Notes under the pieces: model-generated
The model's input: the letters and a program-made list of their open reading frames with translations, nothing else
What the model was told of the DNA's origin: nothing
The model's database searches: none
Translations under genes and position numbers: made by a program
In this document: positions 9,385 through 19,180 of the stretch, piece after piece
Layout: every line of letters begins with the position of its first letter
Position numbering within the stretch: the stretch's first letter is position 1
Source: Promethearchaeota archaeon
GTDB lineage: Archaea > Asgardarchaeota > Lokiarchaeia > Sigyniarchaeales > SOKP01
Direction of reading: 5' to 3'
NCBI GenBank assembly: GCA_019058295.1
Contig: JAHPZI010000009.1
Location: 1-25,202, forward strand
DNA: 25,202 nt

Positions 9385-9561
9385 TTAGATTATAATAGCG
9401 ATTAATATTATCGTTATGATTATCAAAAAGATACCCCCTATAACTATAAAGATAGCAATGGGTAATAATAAACCCCAATAAAGGGTTCCTAGAACAGCTA
9501 AAACAATCATTAAGATTCCAATAAGAATCATGACAGCAAAAATGATCCGCTCCAAAGTCAT
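9385..9561 (-). CDS. Small two-TM membrane protein (58 aa)
   Basis: Below the ORF-track cutoff. SD GGTGAG upstream; MTLERIIFAVMILIGILMIVLAVLGTLYWGLLLPIAIFIVIGGIFLIIITIILIAIII*; followed by a T-tract on the minus strand. Confidence 0.7.
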   Translation of the reverse strand: MTLERIIFAVMILIGILMIVLAVLGTLYWGLLLPIAIFIVIGGIFLIIITIILIAIII

Positions 9562-9734
9562 TCTAACAACTCACCTTAGTTTCAATTAGAAATTTGTTTT
9601 AAAAATATTTATTATTGAAATTAATAATAAAATTATTTGAGTTAGTATTTATATTTTAACTTTTTAATTTGAAAAGTTAATTATAGTAAAAAAAATCTAA
9701 AGTAAGGTTTGAGTATTAAAATAATTAATTTTAA

Positions 9735-10823
9735 TTACTTAATCAAGCCCTTAGCCTTTAATAGCTCAGCCGTCAATATGGAACCGCCCGCGGCGCCTCT
9801 CACGGTATTATGACTTAGCGCAACAAATTTATAATCAAATACATTGTCTTTTCTTAACCTTCCGACGCTGACAGCCATTCCTTTATCGTTGTCTCTATCC
9901 TTTTTCGGCTGCGGTCTGTCAATATTTTCCAAGTAGATTATGGGTCGTTTTGGTGCAAAAGGCAGATTTAATTCTTGTGGCACGGATTTAAATTCGGTCC
10001 AAATTTTAATTATCTCTTCTTTAGAGGGGACCTTATCTTTAAATTTCATGTTAACGCTAGCAGTGTGTCCATCGCTAACAGCAACTCGAGTACAAGTGGA
10101 ACTTATCTGAATTGAATCATCATTGACAATTCCATTCTCTCCGACTTTTCCAAGGATCTTATGTGGCTCTTGTTCTGTTTTCTCTTCTTCTCCGCCGATG
10201 TAAGGAACTATATTATCAACAACATCTAATGAAGCTACTCCTGGATAACCCGCCCCTGACACGGCTTGAAGCGTTGTAATTATTAATTTATCGATTTTGT
10301 AACCGGCAGCTTCTATTGCATAAGTTGCTGTTAAATAACTTTGTAAAGAACAGTTAGGTTTTACCACTACGAAACCTTTATCAAAACCTCGATTTTTTTG
10401 CTGAATCGGTATTACATCTGCGTGTTTATGGTTAATTTCACCTATAATCATTGGTACATCCGGTGTCCATCTATGTGCTGAATTATTACTAATAACGGGA
10501 ATTCCCTTTTCTGCATATTTAAATTCCACTTCTTTAATTTGGTCTTTTGTAGGCATAGTTATCGCCGAAAATACAAAACTTAAGTCATCTGGAATAGATT
10601 CAAAATCTTGTACGTCCCTTACAATTAAATCTTTAACAGAATCTGGAATTGACATTGGCATTTGCCATTTAAAACCAGCAGCTTCTGCATAAGTTTTTCC
10701 AGCCGATCTTGGCGATGCAGCAACATCTACAATTTGAAACCAAGGATGCCCTTGCAATAATTTAATATAATTTTGTCCAACGACACCTGTTGCGCCACAT
10801 ATACCAATTTTTATTTTATTCAT
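9735..10823 (-). CDS. asd: Aspartate-semialdehyde dehydrogenase (archaeal/fungal type)
   Basis: GATGVVGQ, HPWF, PNCS catalytic Cys, QAVSGAGYPG, HNTVRGAAG. ATG at 10823 (alternative TTG at 10829). Confidence 0.95.
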   Translation of the reverse strand: MNKIKIGICGATGVVGQNYIKLLQGHPWFQIVDVAASPRSAGKTYAEAAGFKWQMPMSIPDSVKDLIVRDVQDFESIPDDLSFVFSAITMPTKDQIKEVEFKYAEKGIPVISNNSAHRWTPDVPMIIGEINHKHADVIPIQQKNRGFDKGFVVVKPNCSLQSYLTATYAIEAAGYKIDKLIITTLQAVSGAGYPGVASLDVVDNIVPYIGGEEEKTEQEPHKILGKVGENGIVNDDSIQISSTCTRVAVSDGHTASVNMKFKDKVPSKEEIIKIWTEFKSVPQELNLPFAPKRPIIYLENIDRPQPKKDRDNDKGMAVSVGRLRKDNVFDYKFVALSHNTVRGAAGGSILTAELLKAKGLIK

Positions 10824-10976
10824 AATCAATATATAATAAGATCTTATATTATTTAAACCTTCTGGTTCAATCGTTAATTTCCTTAATCTAAATTGAATTA
10901 ATTTGAAATTCTTGCATTATAATATAAAACTTTTTTTAAATTTCGACCTACAATTTAAAATAATTCCGATCAAAAG

Positions 10977-11141
10977 TCGCCTCTAGTATTTAGAAGCGAT
11001 GAATCAAATAGATATTGTAAGAATTAGAGAAATTAACAGAGACGAATTTATAGAGAATTATTGTGTATATTGTTTACTATACAATTTCCCCTTCCTAGGG
11101 GCTTTATCCTTTGTTTGAGTTTCCAAACAATAAATTCGTCT
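10977..11141 (-). ncRNA. Candidate structured RNA: four-way junction plus terminator-like hairpin
   Basis: 11-bp closing stem 11040-11050/11131-11141 enclosing three hairpins; separate 9-bp hairpin 10977-10999 followed by CUUUUG on the minus strand. No known family recognised. Confidence 0.45.
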
Positions 11142-11236
11142 TATTTTCATGTTATAAGAAATAAAATATCAGTAATATTTATTTTTTATGGGATTTGAAC
11201 TAGTTTTTACGGAGAATAAAAAGTAAGAAATTTGAA

Positions 11237-12220
11237 TTAAGATCGATTAATTTTGGTAAAAATAAATGGCATCAAGAGGGTAATAATAAGTGCTAATATT
11301 GCATTTTGTATGAATAGAAGAATATCCAATCCTGTTATCAAGCCATAAATAAAAATTAAGAAGATCAATAGTAATGTTATCCCTACTGCTAGATTAATTA
11401 CTTTTTGCTTAGAATTCAACTCCGAAGGTTCATATTTTACGTATTCTCTTTCTAAAAGAGATCCCACTGATAATCCCAGTAAAGAACCCCCCGCGATGGC
11501 ATATATATTTTCCCCATAACCGGCAAATTCAGGAAATAGCAATGTACCTATGACATAAAGTAAAACAGAAAGTACGATGGCAAGTATTAGTTTCATTGGT
11601 AAACTTAATAAATTGAATTTTTCTGAAATAATAGGTTCCAAATATAAGAAAGCAATTAAAATTATAATACCTATTAGAAGCCCCCAAATAATTTGCTTAA
11701 GACTGTGTACTCCGAGGATTACTCTTGAAAGTGCTACAAGAAATATAAAAATTGAAAAAACTACGGGAATAAGGTTGGGTCGCGCCTTATCTTTAAAATG
11801 ATATGCGGTAAACCCCCAAATGGATGCAGCCACTTGAGCATGTCCGGAAGGAAAACCATATCCCGACGAGCTATATCCACGTTCATCAGCTTTAGTGATA
11901 TTAGTTAGTGGTCTAGGTTCTTTAATTATCTCCTTTAACATTGAATTACAAATTCCGGAAATACCAAACATTAAAAAGAAACTGACAGCGAATCGTTTAT
12001 CATAAATGAAAATTAAAATTGCGAATACTAAAATTAAGAAAAGTGACTCGCCAGTGAATGTTATGATTTCAAAAATTAATTGAACAGTAGAATTTTCTAT
12101 ATATAAAGCTTCATTATAATCTAAAATTAACAATATCATTCCAATAACAAAAAGCAATAAAGATATGAAGCCAATTACCAGTAAAGATCTTTTAGACAAT
12201 ATTTCTTTAGATTCAGTCAT
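11237..12220 (-). CDS. PAP2-family membrane phosphatase
   Basis: K-x6-RP (KEIIKEPRP), FPSGH and SRVILGVH motifs; multiple TM helices. Confidence 0.9.
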   Translation of the reverse strand: MTESKEILSKRSLLVIGFISLLLFVIGMILLILDYNEALYIENSTVQLIFEIITFTGESLFLILVFAILIFIYDKRFAVSFFLMFGISGICNSMLKEIIKEPRPLTNITKADERGYSSSGYGFPSGHAQVAASIWGFTAYHFKDKARPNLIPVVFSIFIFLVALSRVILGVHSLKQIIWGLLIGIIILIAFLYLEPIISEKFNLLSLPMKLILAIVLSVLLYVIGTLLFPEFAGYGENIYAIAGGSLLGLSVGSLLEREYVKYEPSELNSKQKVINLAVGITLLLIFLIFIYGLITGLDILLFIQNAILALIITLLMPFIFTKINRS

Positions 12221-12374
12221 AATTATTTATCACCAAACATTTCTCGAAAGGAAATAAATTTCTTAATACTTAGTTCGACTTATTATTATTTAAAATTAAT
12301 TCATAACCAAAAATGTAATATTATACGGTTTCTTAGATTTATCATCTTATATATTTTTTACACCACTTCAAATC

Positions 12375-13421
12375 ATGAAAAATCCATTTAATGAGTTTTT
12401 TCACGTTCCAACCTCACAAGAATTACTAGACATTGCGTTTAAAAGAGCTATGAAAAGTTCTGCTAAGGTTTCTAAAAACGCTCCAATTCTAATTAAAGCA
12501 AAAAAGAAAGAAACTAAGAGGATAAAGGTTGCCATTAAAGATTTAATTGACCGTATTCTTAATATAATAAAAATGGTCCCAATGATAGATGATTTACCGG
12601 ATTTTTATAAAGAATTAGCATCTTTATTGGTAAATACTGATGAGTTGAAATTGACTCTAGGGAAACTAAATGGAATTTTACCCGTTTTGAGCAAAATCGA
12701 GAGAGAATATACAAAAAATCTAGGCAAGATTGAAGTCCCGAAAGAAGGAGATCAATTAAGAAGATCTGCTTTCGGGAGGATTTCTTCCATTATAAATAAG
12801 CAAAATCATAATCTCAAATATTTAAATGATATAAGAGGCAAATTAAGAGAAATTCCTTCAATTGACTATACTATGCCATGTGCTGTTGTTGCGGGGTATC
12901 CAAATGTAGGTAAAAGCAGCATTGTAAAATTAATTTCTACAAATAAAAAAATCGAAATTCGAGAATATCCTTTTACAACAAAAAAATTAAACTTAGGGCA
13001 TTTAATCCTTAAAAGAAGATTTGATGAGGTAAGAATTCAAATCATGGATTGTCCTGGAATTTTGGACAGAGAAATGACAACCAGAAATAACATTGAATTA
13101 CAGGCCATATTGGCGTTACGTCTAATTTCCGATTTGATCTTATTCGTATTTGATCCTACACCCGCTTGTGGCTATAATATTAATTCACAAATAGAATTAT
13201 ATAACGAGGTTAAGCAAAACTTTACACAAGATGGTAAAATAGAAATTATTATAGTATTTAACAAAAAGGATTTAGCTAGTTCGTCTGAAATAACTTATCT
13301 CAAGGAAAAATTAAATTTAAAGGAAGATGATTTTTTCTTAACTAATGCTCTAACAGGGGAAAATCTTGATTTAATAATTTCCTATTTAAAAAATCGTTAT
13401 GTGAACGCTAAGAATAACTAA
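12375..13421 (+). CDS. NOG1-family GTPase
   Basis: N-terminal helical NOG1 region (ELLDIAFKRA, LPDFYKEL); GYPNVGKSS, YPFTTK, DCPG, NKKD. Confidence 0.92.
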   Translation: MKNPFNEFFHVPTSQELLDIAFKRAMKSSAKVSKNAPILIKAKKKETKRIKVAIKDLIDRILNIIKMVPMIDDLPDFYKELASLLVNTDELKLTLGKLNGILPVLSKIEREYTKNLGKIEVPKEGDQLRRSAFGRISSIINKQNHNLKYLNDIRGKLREIPSIDYTMPCAVVAGYPNVGKSSIVKLISTNKKIEIREYPFTTKKLNLGHLILKRRFDEVRIQIMDCPGILDREMTTRNNIELQAILALRLISDLILFVFDPTPACGYNINSQIELYNEVKQNFTQDGKIEIIIVFNKKDLASSSEITYLKEKLNLKEDDFFLTNALTGENLDLIISYLKNRYVNAKNN

Positions 13422-13437
13422 TATTTAAATATACTTT

Positions 13438-14043
13438 TCATTCCCCATAGTTTTCCTCTAAATCGTGATTTAGATCTTCTTTAAATTTTAAAAATTCGTT
13501 GTTTTTATATTTTTTAGGAAGAAATCTTTTGCTTTTCTTTCCTAACAACTCAATAATTAGAATTATTAATCCAGTTATTAGAAGAGCGGCCATTATATCT
13601 TGAAGTAAATATAACTCTATTATATAACTAAAAATCGCTAATATACCAGAAGCTAAAGAACTAATAAGAACGAGAGTCGTAAATAGGCGTATATTAAAAA
13701 TAGAATAAATTCTATTCTTTTCTATCGTAATATTCTTACTATAAGAAAGTTTAACCACTCTTATCAAATTATCTTTAATTACAACATTTTTACACGATTT
13801 TAATTTAACAAGTGAAATTATAGAATCCTCAATGATTATATTTTGACATTTATCTAAGACTAACATACCGATATCAATATCTTTTAAATGAATATACAGA
13901 TCTTCTGTCTTAAATATAACATTATATGGAAGAGTCTCATCTTCAACAATAATAGGATTATCTTGAGTACCACTACCTTTCCAATCTATTTTTTCAATAT
14001 TTTCCATTAAGAATTCCTTTTCAATTACATTTGGTATGTCCAA
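13438..14043 (-). CDS. Membrane protein with short parallel beta-helix-like N-terminus and two C-terminal TM helices
   Basis: WKGSGTQDNPIIVE motif; ~16-aa repeats CQNIIIEDSII/CKNVVIKDNLI/SKNITIEKNRI; two hydrophobic segments. Confidence 0.65.
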   Translation of the reverse strand: MDIPNVIEKEFLMENIEKIDWKGSGTQDNPIIVEDETLPYNVIFKTEDLYIHLKDIDIGMLVLDKCQNIIIEDSIISLVKLKSCKNVVIKDNLIRVVKLSYSKNITIEKNRIYSIFNIRLFTTLVLISSLASGILAIFSYIIELYLLQDIMAALLITGLIILIIELLGKKSKRFLPKKYKNNEFLKFKEDLNHDLEENYGE

Positions 14044-14107
14044 AAAAAATCACTTTTTTAGTAATTTATTTGATTTTTATATATCATAAAATTAAATATA
14101 ATTAATA

Positions 14108-15202
14108 ATGAATAATCTTTTGATTTTAGGATTAGATATTGGAGGCGTAAATACAAAAACAGCTTTAATTAAATTTCAAAATTCCGAAATTGAAGAATCA
14201 TTTTCTCATATTGAATATTTTCCGTTTTGGGAGAAAAGTATAGATGATATACCAAAAATGTTAACAATGGTTGTATCCAAATTAGAAAAAAAAAGTGATA
14301 ATAAATATAAATTGATAAATGTTGATCAAATTGCCATAACCATTACAGCTGAGCTCTCAGATGCGTTTCAAACAAAGCGTGAAGGCATTTTGACAATTCT
14401 AGATGCTTTAGGAAAAGTGTTTGAAATTGAAAAATTATTTTTTATTAATAATGAGGGTAAATTTATTGATTATAAGACGGCAAAGAGTAATTATGCTTTA
14501 ATTGCAGCAGCAAATTGGGTGTCTACTTCTTTGTTTTTAGGGCATTTTATTTCACAATGCGTTTTAATTGACGCAGGGTCAACTACTATCGATATTATTC
14601 CTATACTTGATTCATATCCAGTTGCTAAAGGTAAAGATGATATTTCAAGGATGTTAAATCATGAATTGATATATACTGGTGGTTTAAGAGCAACAATCCC
14701 ATCAATAACACATGTTGTACCTTATAAAGGAGAATTAATTCGAATCTCTTTTGAAAAATTTGCTTTAGTGTCAGATATACATCGTATATTAAATAATATC
14801 TCTGAAGAAGAATACATTAATGATACAGCAGATAACAGATCAAAATCAATTGATGATTGTTATGCTAGATTAGCTAGAATAATATGCATGGATATTGACA
14901 CTATTACTAAGGATGAATTAGACGAAATTACACAATACATTTATAAAAAACAAATTGAAATTGTGTCTGAAGAAATACAAAAGTTTACTACAGAACTTAT
15001 CAAAAGGATACCTGCATTTGAAAATAATCTGTCATTTATAATAACTGGATTATCTTCGAATTTTCTAGCGAAAAAGTCGTTAAAAAAACTAGGCTATGAT
15101 GATATTCAAGATTATGAATGCATAACCAAAATACCGGATAACATTAGTTCTTCTGCCTTTGCTGTTGCAGGGGCTTTATATTTTCAATTAAAAAACGATT
15201 AG
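14108..15202 (+). CDS. mfnF: Methanofuran biosynthesis protein MfnF-like (hydantoinase/oxoprolinase family, H4MPT-linked C1 pathway)
   Basis: GLDIGGVNTK, TITAELSDAFQTKREG, AAANW, DAGSTTIDIIPI, ELIYTGGLR, RLARIICMD motifs; coupled to mfnE. Confidence 0.8.
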   Translation: MNNLLILGLDIGGVNTKTALIKFQNSEIEESFSHIEYFPFWEKSIDDIPKMLTMVVSKLEKKSDNKYKLINVDQIAITITAELSDAFQTKREGILTILDALGKVFEIEKLFFINNEGKFIDYKTAKSNYALIAAANWVSTSLFLGHFISQCVLIDAGSTTIDIIPILDSYPVAKGKDDISRMLNHELIYTGGLRATIPSITHVVPYKGELIRISFEKFALVSDIHRILNNISEEEYINDTADNRSKSIDDCYARLARIICMDIDTITKDELDEITQYIYKKQIEIVSEEIQKFTTELIKRIPAFENNLSFIITGLSSNFLAKKSLKKLGYDDIQDYECITKIPDNISSSAFAVAGALYFQLKND

Positions 15203-15936
15203 TGCTATTCATGCGAGATAAGACAATAATCATCAAAATTGGAGGCAAAATTTTAGAAGAACCTGAAGATCTAGATTCTACCATATCCCAATTAAAACAT
15301 TTATTAGATAACAATTCAATTCAAAAAATCATAATTATACCAGGTGGAGGGTCTTACGCTAATTTTATTCGAATTCTAGATCAAAAATTAAAGATTGGAA
15401 ATGATCTCGCTCATTGGATGGCAATATATGCTATGAATCATAACGGTAACTTATTAAGTGAGAAATATTCTTTTATCAAACCTTTTGAAGAGTTTACAGA
15501 ATTAAAATTGTCTAAAGAATTGTTTTCTATTTTTTTGCCGTTTAAATATCTTTATCAATTTGATAAATTACCCCATAGTTGGGATGTTACATCAGATTCG
15601 ATAACTTTATATTTTGCTCATAAGCTTGAATTAAAAGAATGCTATTTGATTAAAGATGTAGATGGAATTATAACCAAAGAAAATCAAATACTCCGGGAAA
15701 TAACTGTCAAGGGCTATAAAAATCTGAAAAAATCGAATAAATTATTAGATATTAAAGAAGTTGGGACATCCATGAAGAAATCTCAACCTATTGATTCCTA
15801 TTCAATAGACTTAATAAAGAATTATAAAATTTCATGTATTATCTTAAACGGAAAAGCAAAAAAACATACGATCTTAGATTATTTTAATAAATCAGAGAAT
15901 GAGCCCTCTATTTACACTAAAATCAATTTTAATTGA
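15202..15936 (+). CDS. mfnE: Amino-acid-kinase-family 5-(aminomethyl)-3-furanmethanol phosphate kinase
   Basis: IKIGG, IIPGGGSYANFIR, AHWMAI, LPHSWDVTSDSI, KDVDGI; overlaps the mfnF stop (alternative ATG at 15211). Confidence 0.8.
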   Translation: MLFMRDKTIIIKIGGKILEEPEDLDSTISQLKHLLDNNSIQKIIIIPGGGSYANFIRILDQKLKIGNDLAHWMAIYAMNHNGNLLSEKYSFIKPFEEFTELKLSKELFSIFLPFKYLYQFDKLPHSWDVTSDSITLYFAHKLELKECYLIKDVDGIITKENQILREITVKGYKNLKKSNKLLDIKEVGTSMKKSQPIDSYSIDLIKNYKISCIILNGKAKKHTILDYFNKSENEPSIYTKINFN

Positions 15937-16069
15937 ACCATTGTTCCTTTAATATATACTATTTTAATGAATTCTCATTGAAAATAAAAGTAATTAAAAT
16001 TTAATAAAATCAAAAACAAAGATAAATGTAATATAAAAAAATTAACCTAAAATCTAAAGTGAGAATATA

Positions 16070-16570
16070 TTGGATGATGAACAAATAAAGAAAAATGCTG
16101 AATTTTTAATAAAGAATCTTGCTGGGACAGAAGTTGAGGGATCTGCGAAATTTAATATTAGATATAAGAATCTAATAAATTTTGCGAAGGTATATGGAAT
16201 AGAAGATCCTAAATATGTTGGATCAGAGGAACAAGGAATCATCGCATGTCATGCATTTGCTAATTTTTTCACTGTTAAAGCATTATATAAATTACTTATA
16301 GGAGTTAAACTAGAACAGGATGGCGAAATACGCCCTTTCATATTAAATGTCGGAAAATTGTTACATGCAGGCCAAAAATATGATTGGGAGGGCTGTGTAG
16401 ATATTAAGCCCGGAGATAAATTAACTATTACAGCAAAGTGGGGTAAACTCTGGGTGGTTGAGAAAAATATGATTCTCTTTGGAGAGCTATTAGTTGAAGT
16501 GAAAAATCAAAATGGTGAACTTGTCTGTAAACCAACAGTTACCGCAGCCATAAGGTCAGGAGGATATTAA
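16070..16570 (+). CDS. Hotdog-fold MaoC dehydratase N-terminal-half-like protein
   Basis: FAKVYGIEDPKY, LLHAGQKYDW, KPGDKL, KNQNGELVC patterns; paired with the downstream MaoC gene. Confidence 0.75.
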   Translation: MDDEQIKKNAEFLIKNLAGTEVEGSAKFNIRYKNLINFAKVYGIEDPKYVGSEEQGIIACHAFANFFTVKALYKLLIGVKLEQDGEIRPFILNVGKLLHAGQKYDWEGCVDIKPGDKLTITAKWGKLWVVEKNMILFGELLVEVKNQNGELVCKPTVTAAIRSGGY

Positions 16571-16595
16571 ATTATATATTAGAGGTTAAAAAAAA

Positions 16596-17144
16596 ATGGT
16601 TAAAATTTCAGATCTTAAGGTTGGAGATATTATTAAGAATGAATTTGATGGAATTACTCGGGATTTATTAAAAATGTATGCAAAAGCGTCTGGAGATACA
16701 AATCCCATCCATACAAACGATGTGGTTGCCGAAAGAGCTGGTTTAAAAGGTGTTATCGCCCATGGTCTCTTTAGTTATGGATTTATAACTAAGCTTTTTG
16801 AAGATTTTCTAGAACATGGAAAATATGGAATGTTAATTGAGATTTCCGTAGATATGCGTGGAATGGTCAGATGTGGTGACCTTTTAATTACAGAAGCAAA
16901 AGTGAATAATATTGAAGGGAAACGAGTTTATTTTGATGTGACTCAGACAACCATTACCAATGTTGATATTAAAGATAAAAATGGGAATATAATAAAACAA
17001 TTTGAAGCTGGAGAGCGTGGTTACATTTCTGAAAAGGATATTAATCAAGGATTAATCCATGAAAAAGAAGTAGATGATGGTATCTTAACATACAGAGAAA
17101 GAATCGCAACTCCAGGTACGGCAATAATCGAATTACACGAATAA
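16596..17144 (+). CDS. MaoC-family (R)-specific acyl-CoA hydratase/dehydratase
   Basis: Hydratase-2 motif YAKASGDTNPIH and VIAHGL. Confidence 0.88.
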   Translation: MVKISDLKVGDIIKNEFDGITRDLLKMYAKASGDTNPIHTNDVVAERAGLKGVIAHGLFSYGFITKLFEDFLEHGKYGMLIEISVDMRGMVRCGDLLITEAKVNNIEGKRVYFDVTQTTITNVDIKDKNGNIIKQFEAGERGYISEKDINQGLIHEKEVDDGILTYRERIATPGTAIIELHE

Positions 17145-17244
17145 ATCTTTTATCTTTTTTTTTTCCTTAAATGTTATAAAATTGATTTAATTAAAGATAA
17201 TATGTGAGCTTTAGGTTTAAACTTCCCTTTTTAAGAATAACTCG

Positions 17245-18594
17245 TTATTTTTTTAGATATAAATCCTGTATTATAGAACCATCAATTCTTATTGCTTGAA
17301 TATGTAATGTATCATGATTTACTTCAAAATATACAAAATGATAAATTAATTCTCCATAAAGCTGGTCATGAAGTGTTATATAATCATTTTGATACGGTTC
17401 TAATGATGCATTATGCCAGATATGTTTCCAAGGATTCTTTGGACGATATAATATCTCACTATGAATTGGTGCGCCACCTCCACCTGATATCAAGTAAAGT
17501 GTACCGCCCCAATCTTCAGTTCTATTGGTCCAAAAGGATTCAAAATTATGTTCATGACCAGAAATAACGACGTCAACTTCATATTGGTAAAAAATAGGAC
17601 ATAGCTGAGAGATTAGATCATAGTTCATATTATGATATGCAGTACTATACGGGGGTTTATAAATTAAAACAAAAAGCCATTTGTCTTGATTAATATCTAA
17701 ATCCTCGCGAAGCCAGCTTATTTGCTCATCTGAAAGATATTCATCCTTCGAATTATCAAGATCAAAAGTATCCAGTACTATAAAATGTGCATTTGAATAA
17801 TCGAAACTATAATAATAATGTGAAGGACTAGCATAATCATAAGGAAAAAAATCATTAAAATTAACACAATTTTCTTTTCTCTTTATATCGTGATTCCCAA
17901 TAGAACTCATATATGGATGATTTTTCCCTTGTTCTGTCATTATTTGAAGAAAATCATGCCAAGAACGCGCTCTGTTGCCACCTTGAACATTATCACCTGC
18001 ACTTATAAAAAAATTATAATCATAATCTCTAATTAATTCATTTATTTCATCATAAATACTTCGTTCTCCAGTTGTTTGTCTTATGTCTCCAACCAACATA
18101 AAATTAAATGATTTTGTACCTTCAGGTGCTGTTTTAAAAACATGGATTTTTTCTCCTAATGAAGGAATATTGTAAAAATATTTGGTTCCAGGTTTAAGAT
18201 TAGTTAATTTAATTATGTGTATCGTATCGTAATTAAAATCTCTCGCAGTCTTCTCTTGATGTGGGGGACCCCCATATTTACTATATTGCAATTCACCAAA
18301 TTCTGGTTCTTTTGTTGTCCATATTATTGTTATTGTTGTCTTTGGATCATCGTTCCAAATTAAATATGGGCCATCATTATATTGATAAATAAAGGGAGGA
18401 ATTGTAAGAAAGGAAATTATAAATGTAAAGGAGGTTAAAGTAATTAATTCTACGAAACTTACCTTCAAGAATTTTTTTGAAAAAACACTTCTTTTATAAA
18501 TATTGTTAATGACTCTGGTAAAAAAGATTCTAAGTTTAGAACATGGAATTAATATTGCAATCCTTAAAAAAGTATTATTAGCAATAATTTTCAA
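17245..18594 (-). CDS. Membrane-anchored FN3 plus metallophosphoesterase (purple acid phosphatase-like)
   Basis: TM segment, LTNLKPGTKYFY FN3 motif, GD, GDNV, GNHD, YYYSFDY and SGHEH motifs. Confidence 0.85.
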   Translation of the reverse strand: MKIIANNTFLRIAILIPCSKLRIFFTRVINNIYKRSVFSKKFLKVSFVELITLTSFTFIISFLTIPPFIYQYNDGPYLIWNDDPKTTITIIWTTKEPEFGELQYSKYGGPPHQEKTARDFNYDTIHIIKLTNLKPGTKYFYNIPSLGEKIHVFKTAPEGTKSFNFMLVGDIRQTTGERSIYDEINELIRDYDYNFFISAGDNVQGGNRARSWHDFLQIMTEQGKNHPYMSSIGNHDIKRKENCVNFNDFFPYDYASPSHYYYSFDYSNAHFIVLDTFDLDNSKDEYLSDEQISWLREDLDINQDKWLFVLIYKPPYSTAYHNMNYDLISQLCPIFYQYEVDVVISGHEHNFESFWTNRTEDWGGTLYLISGGGGAPIHSEILYRPKNPWKHIWHNASLEPYQNDYITLHDQLYGELIYHFVYFEVNHDTLHIQAIRIDGSIIQDLYLKK

Positions 18595-18721
18595 AATATA
18601 TATTTAACCCTTAAATCGTATTAATTACTTAAGAAAACAAAATTCTTTTGAGAAATATACAGCATATTAAATTTATATAGATCATCTTAATATTTTATTA
18701 GAAAATTTAAATATCCAAATA

Positions 18722-19055
18722 ATAACTTAGCTTTTACTCCTTTAATTTGAAATTTTCCGTAGACATGCGTTCAATGTTCAGATGTAGTGACTTTTTAATT
18801 ACAGAAGCAAAAATTAGTAAAATTGAAGGGAAACGAGTTTTTCTTGATCTGGTACAAACTACAATAACAAATGTTTACAATAAAGATAAAGATTGGGATA
18901 TAGTAAAACAATTTGAAGCTGGAGAGCGTGGTTACATTTCCGAAAAGGATATTAATCAAGGATTAGTCCATGAAAAAGAGGTTGATGAGGGAATCTTAAT
19001 ATATAGAGAAACGATCGCAACATCAGGTACAGCTATCATTGAATTAATTGAGTAA
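18722..19055 (+). pseudogene. 5'-truncated degraded duplicate of the MaoC gene at 16596-17144
   Basis: Gapless high DNA similarity of ~18754-19055 to ~16843-17144 (offset 1911). A further match ATAACT(T/A)AGCTTTT at 18722 vs 16785 implies a ~25-bp deletion. The catalytic SGDxNPIH motif is absent. Confidence 0.8.
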
Positions 19056-19180
19056 TTTATAATTTTTATTATTATTATTTTTTTCTTAGGCTAAAAATTT
19101 ATCTTAAGATATTCATATTTATATTTTAAATTATTGTTCTCTTTAATCTTAAAATTCTTAAAAAGTAGGTCTGTGTAATT

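Noticed and set aside
9275-9478. 67-aa ORF from the track
   Set aside because: Wrong frame of the SD-led 58-aa membrane peptide; it also overlaps the convergent gene.
10999-11118. 39-aa plus-strand ORF with CxxC ending in TGA (possible Sec readthrough)
   Set aside because: No clear SD, TAA follows four sense codons later, no SECIS seen; it overlaps the structured element, which explains the sequence better.
11040-11141. tRNA (including tRNA-Sec) or lysine riboswitch
   Set aside because: Cloverleaf-like, but there is no TTCRA T-loop, D-loop GG or 7-nt anticodon loop, it is too AU-rich, and the lysine riboswitch consensus is not recognisable.
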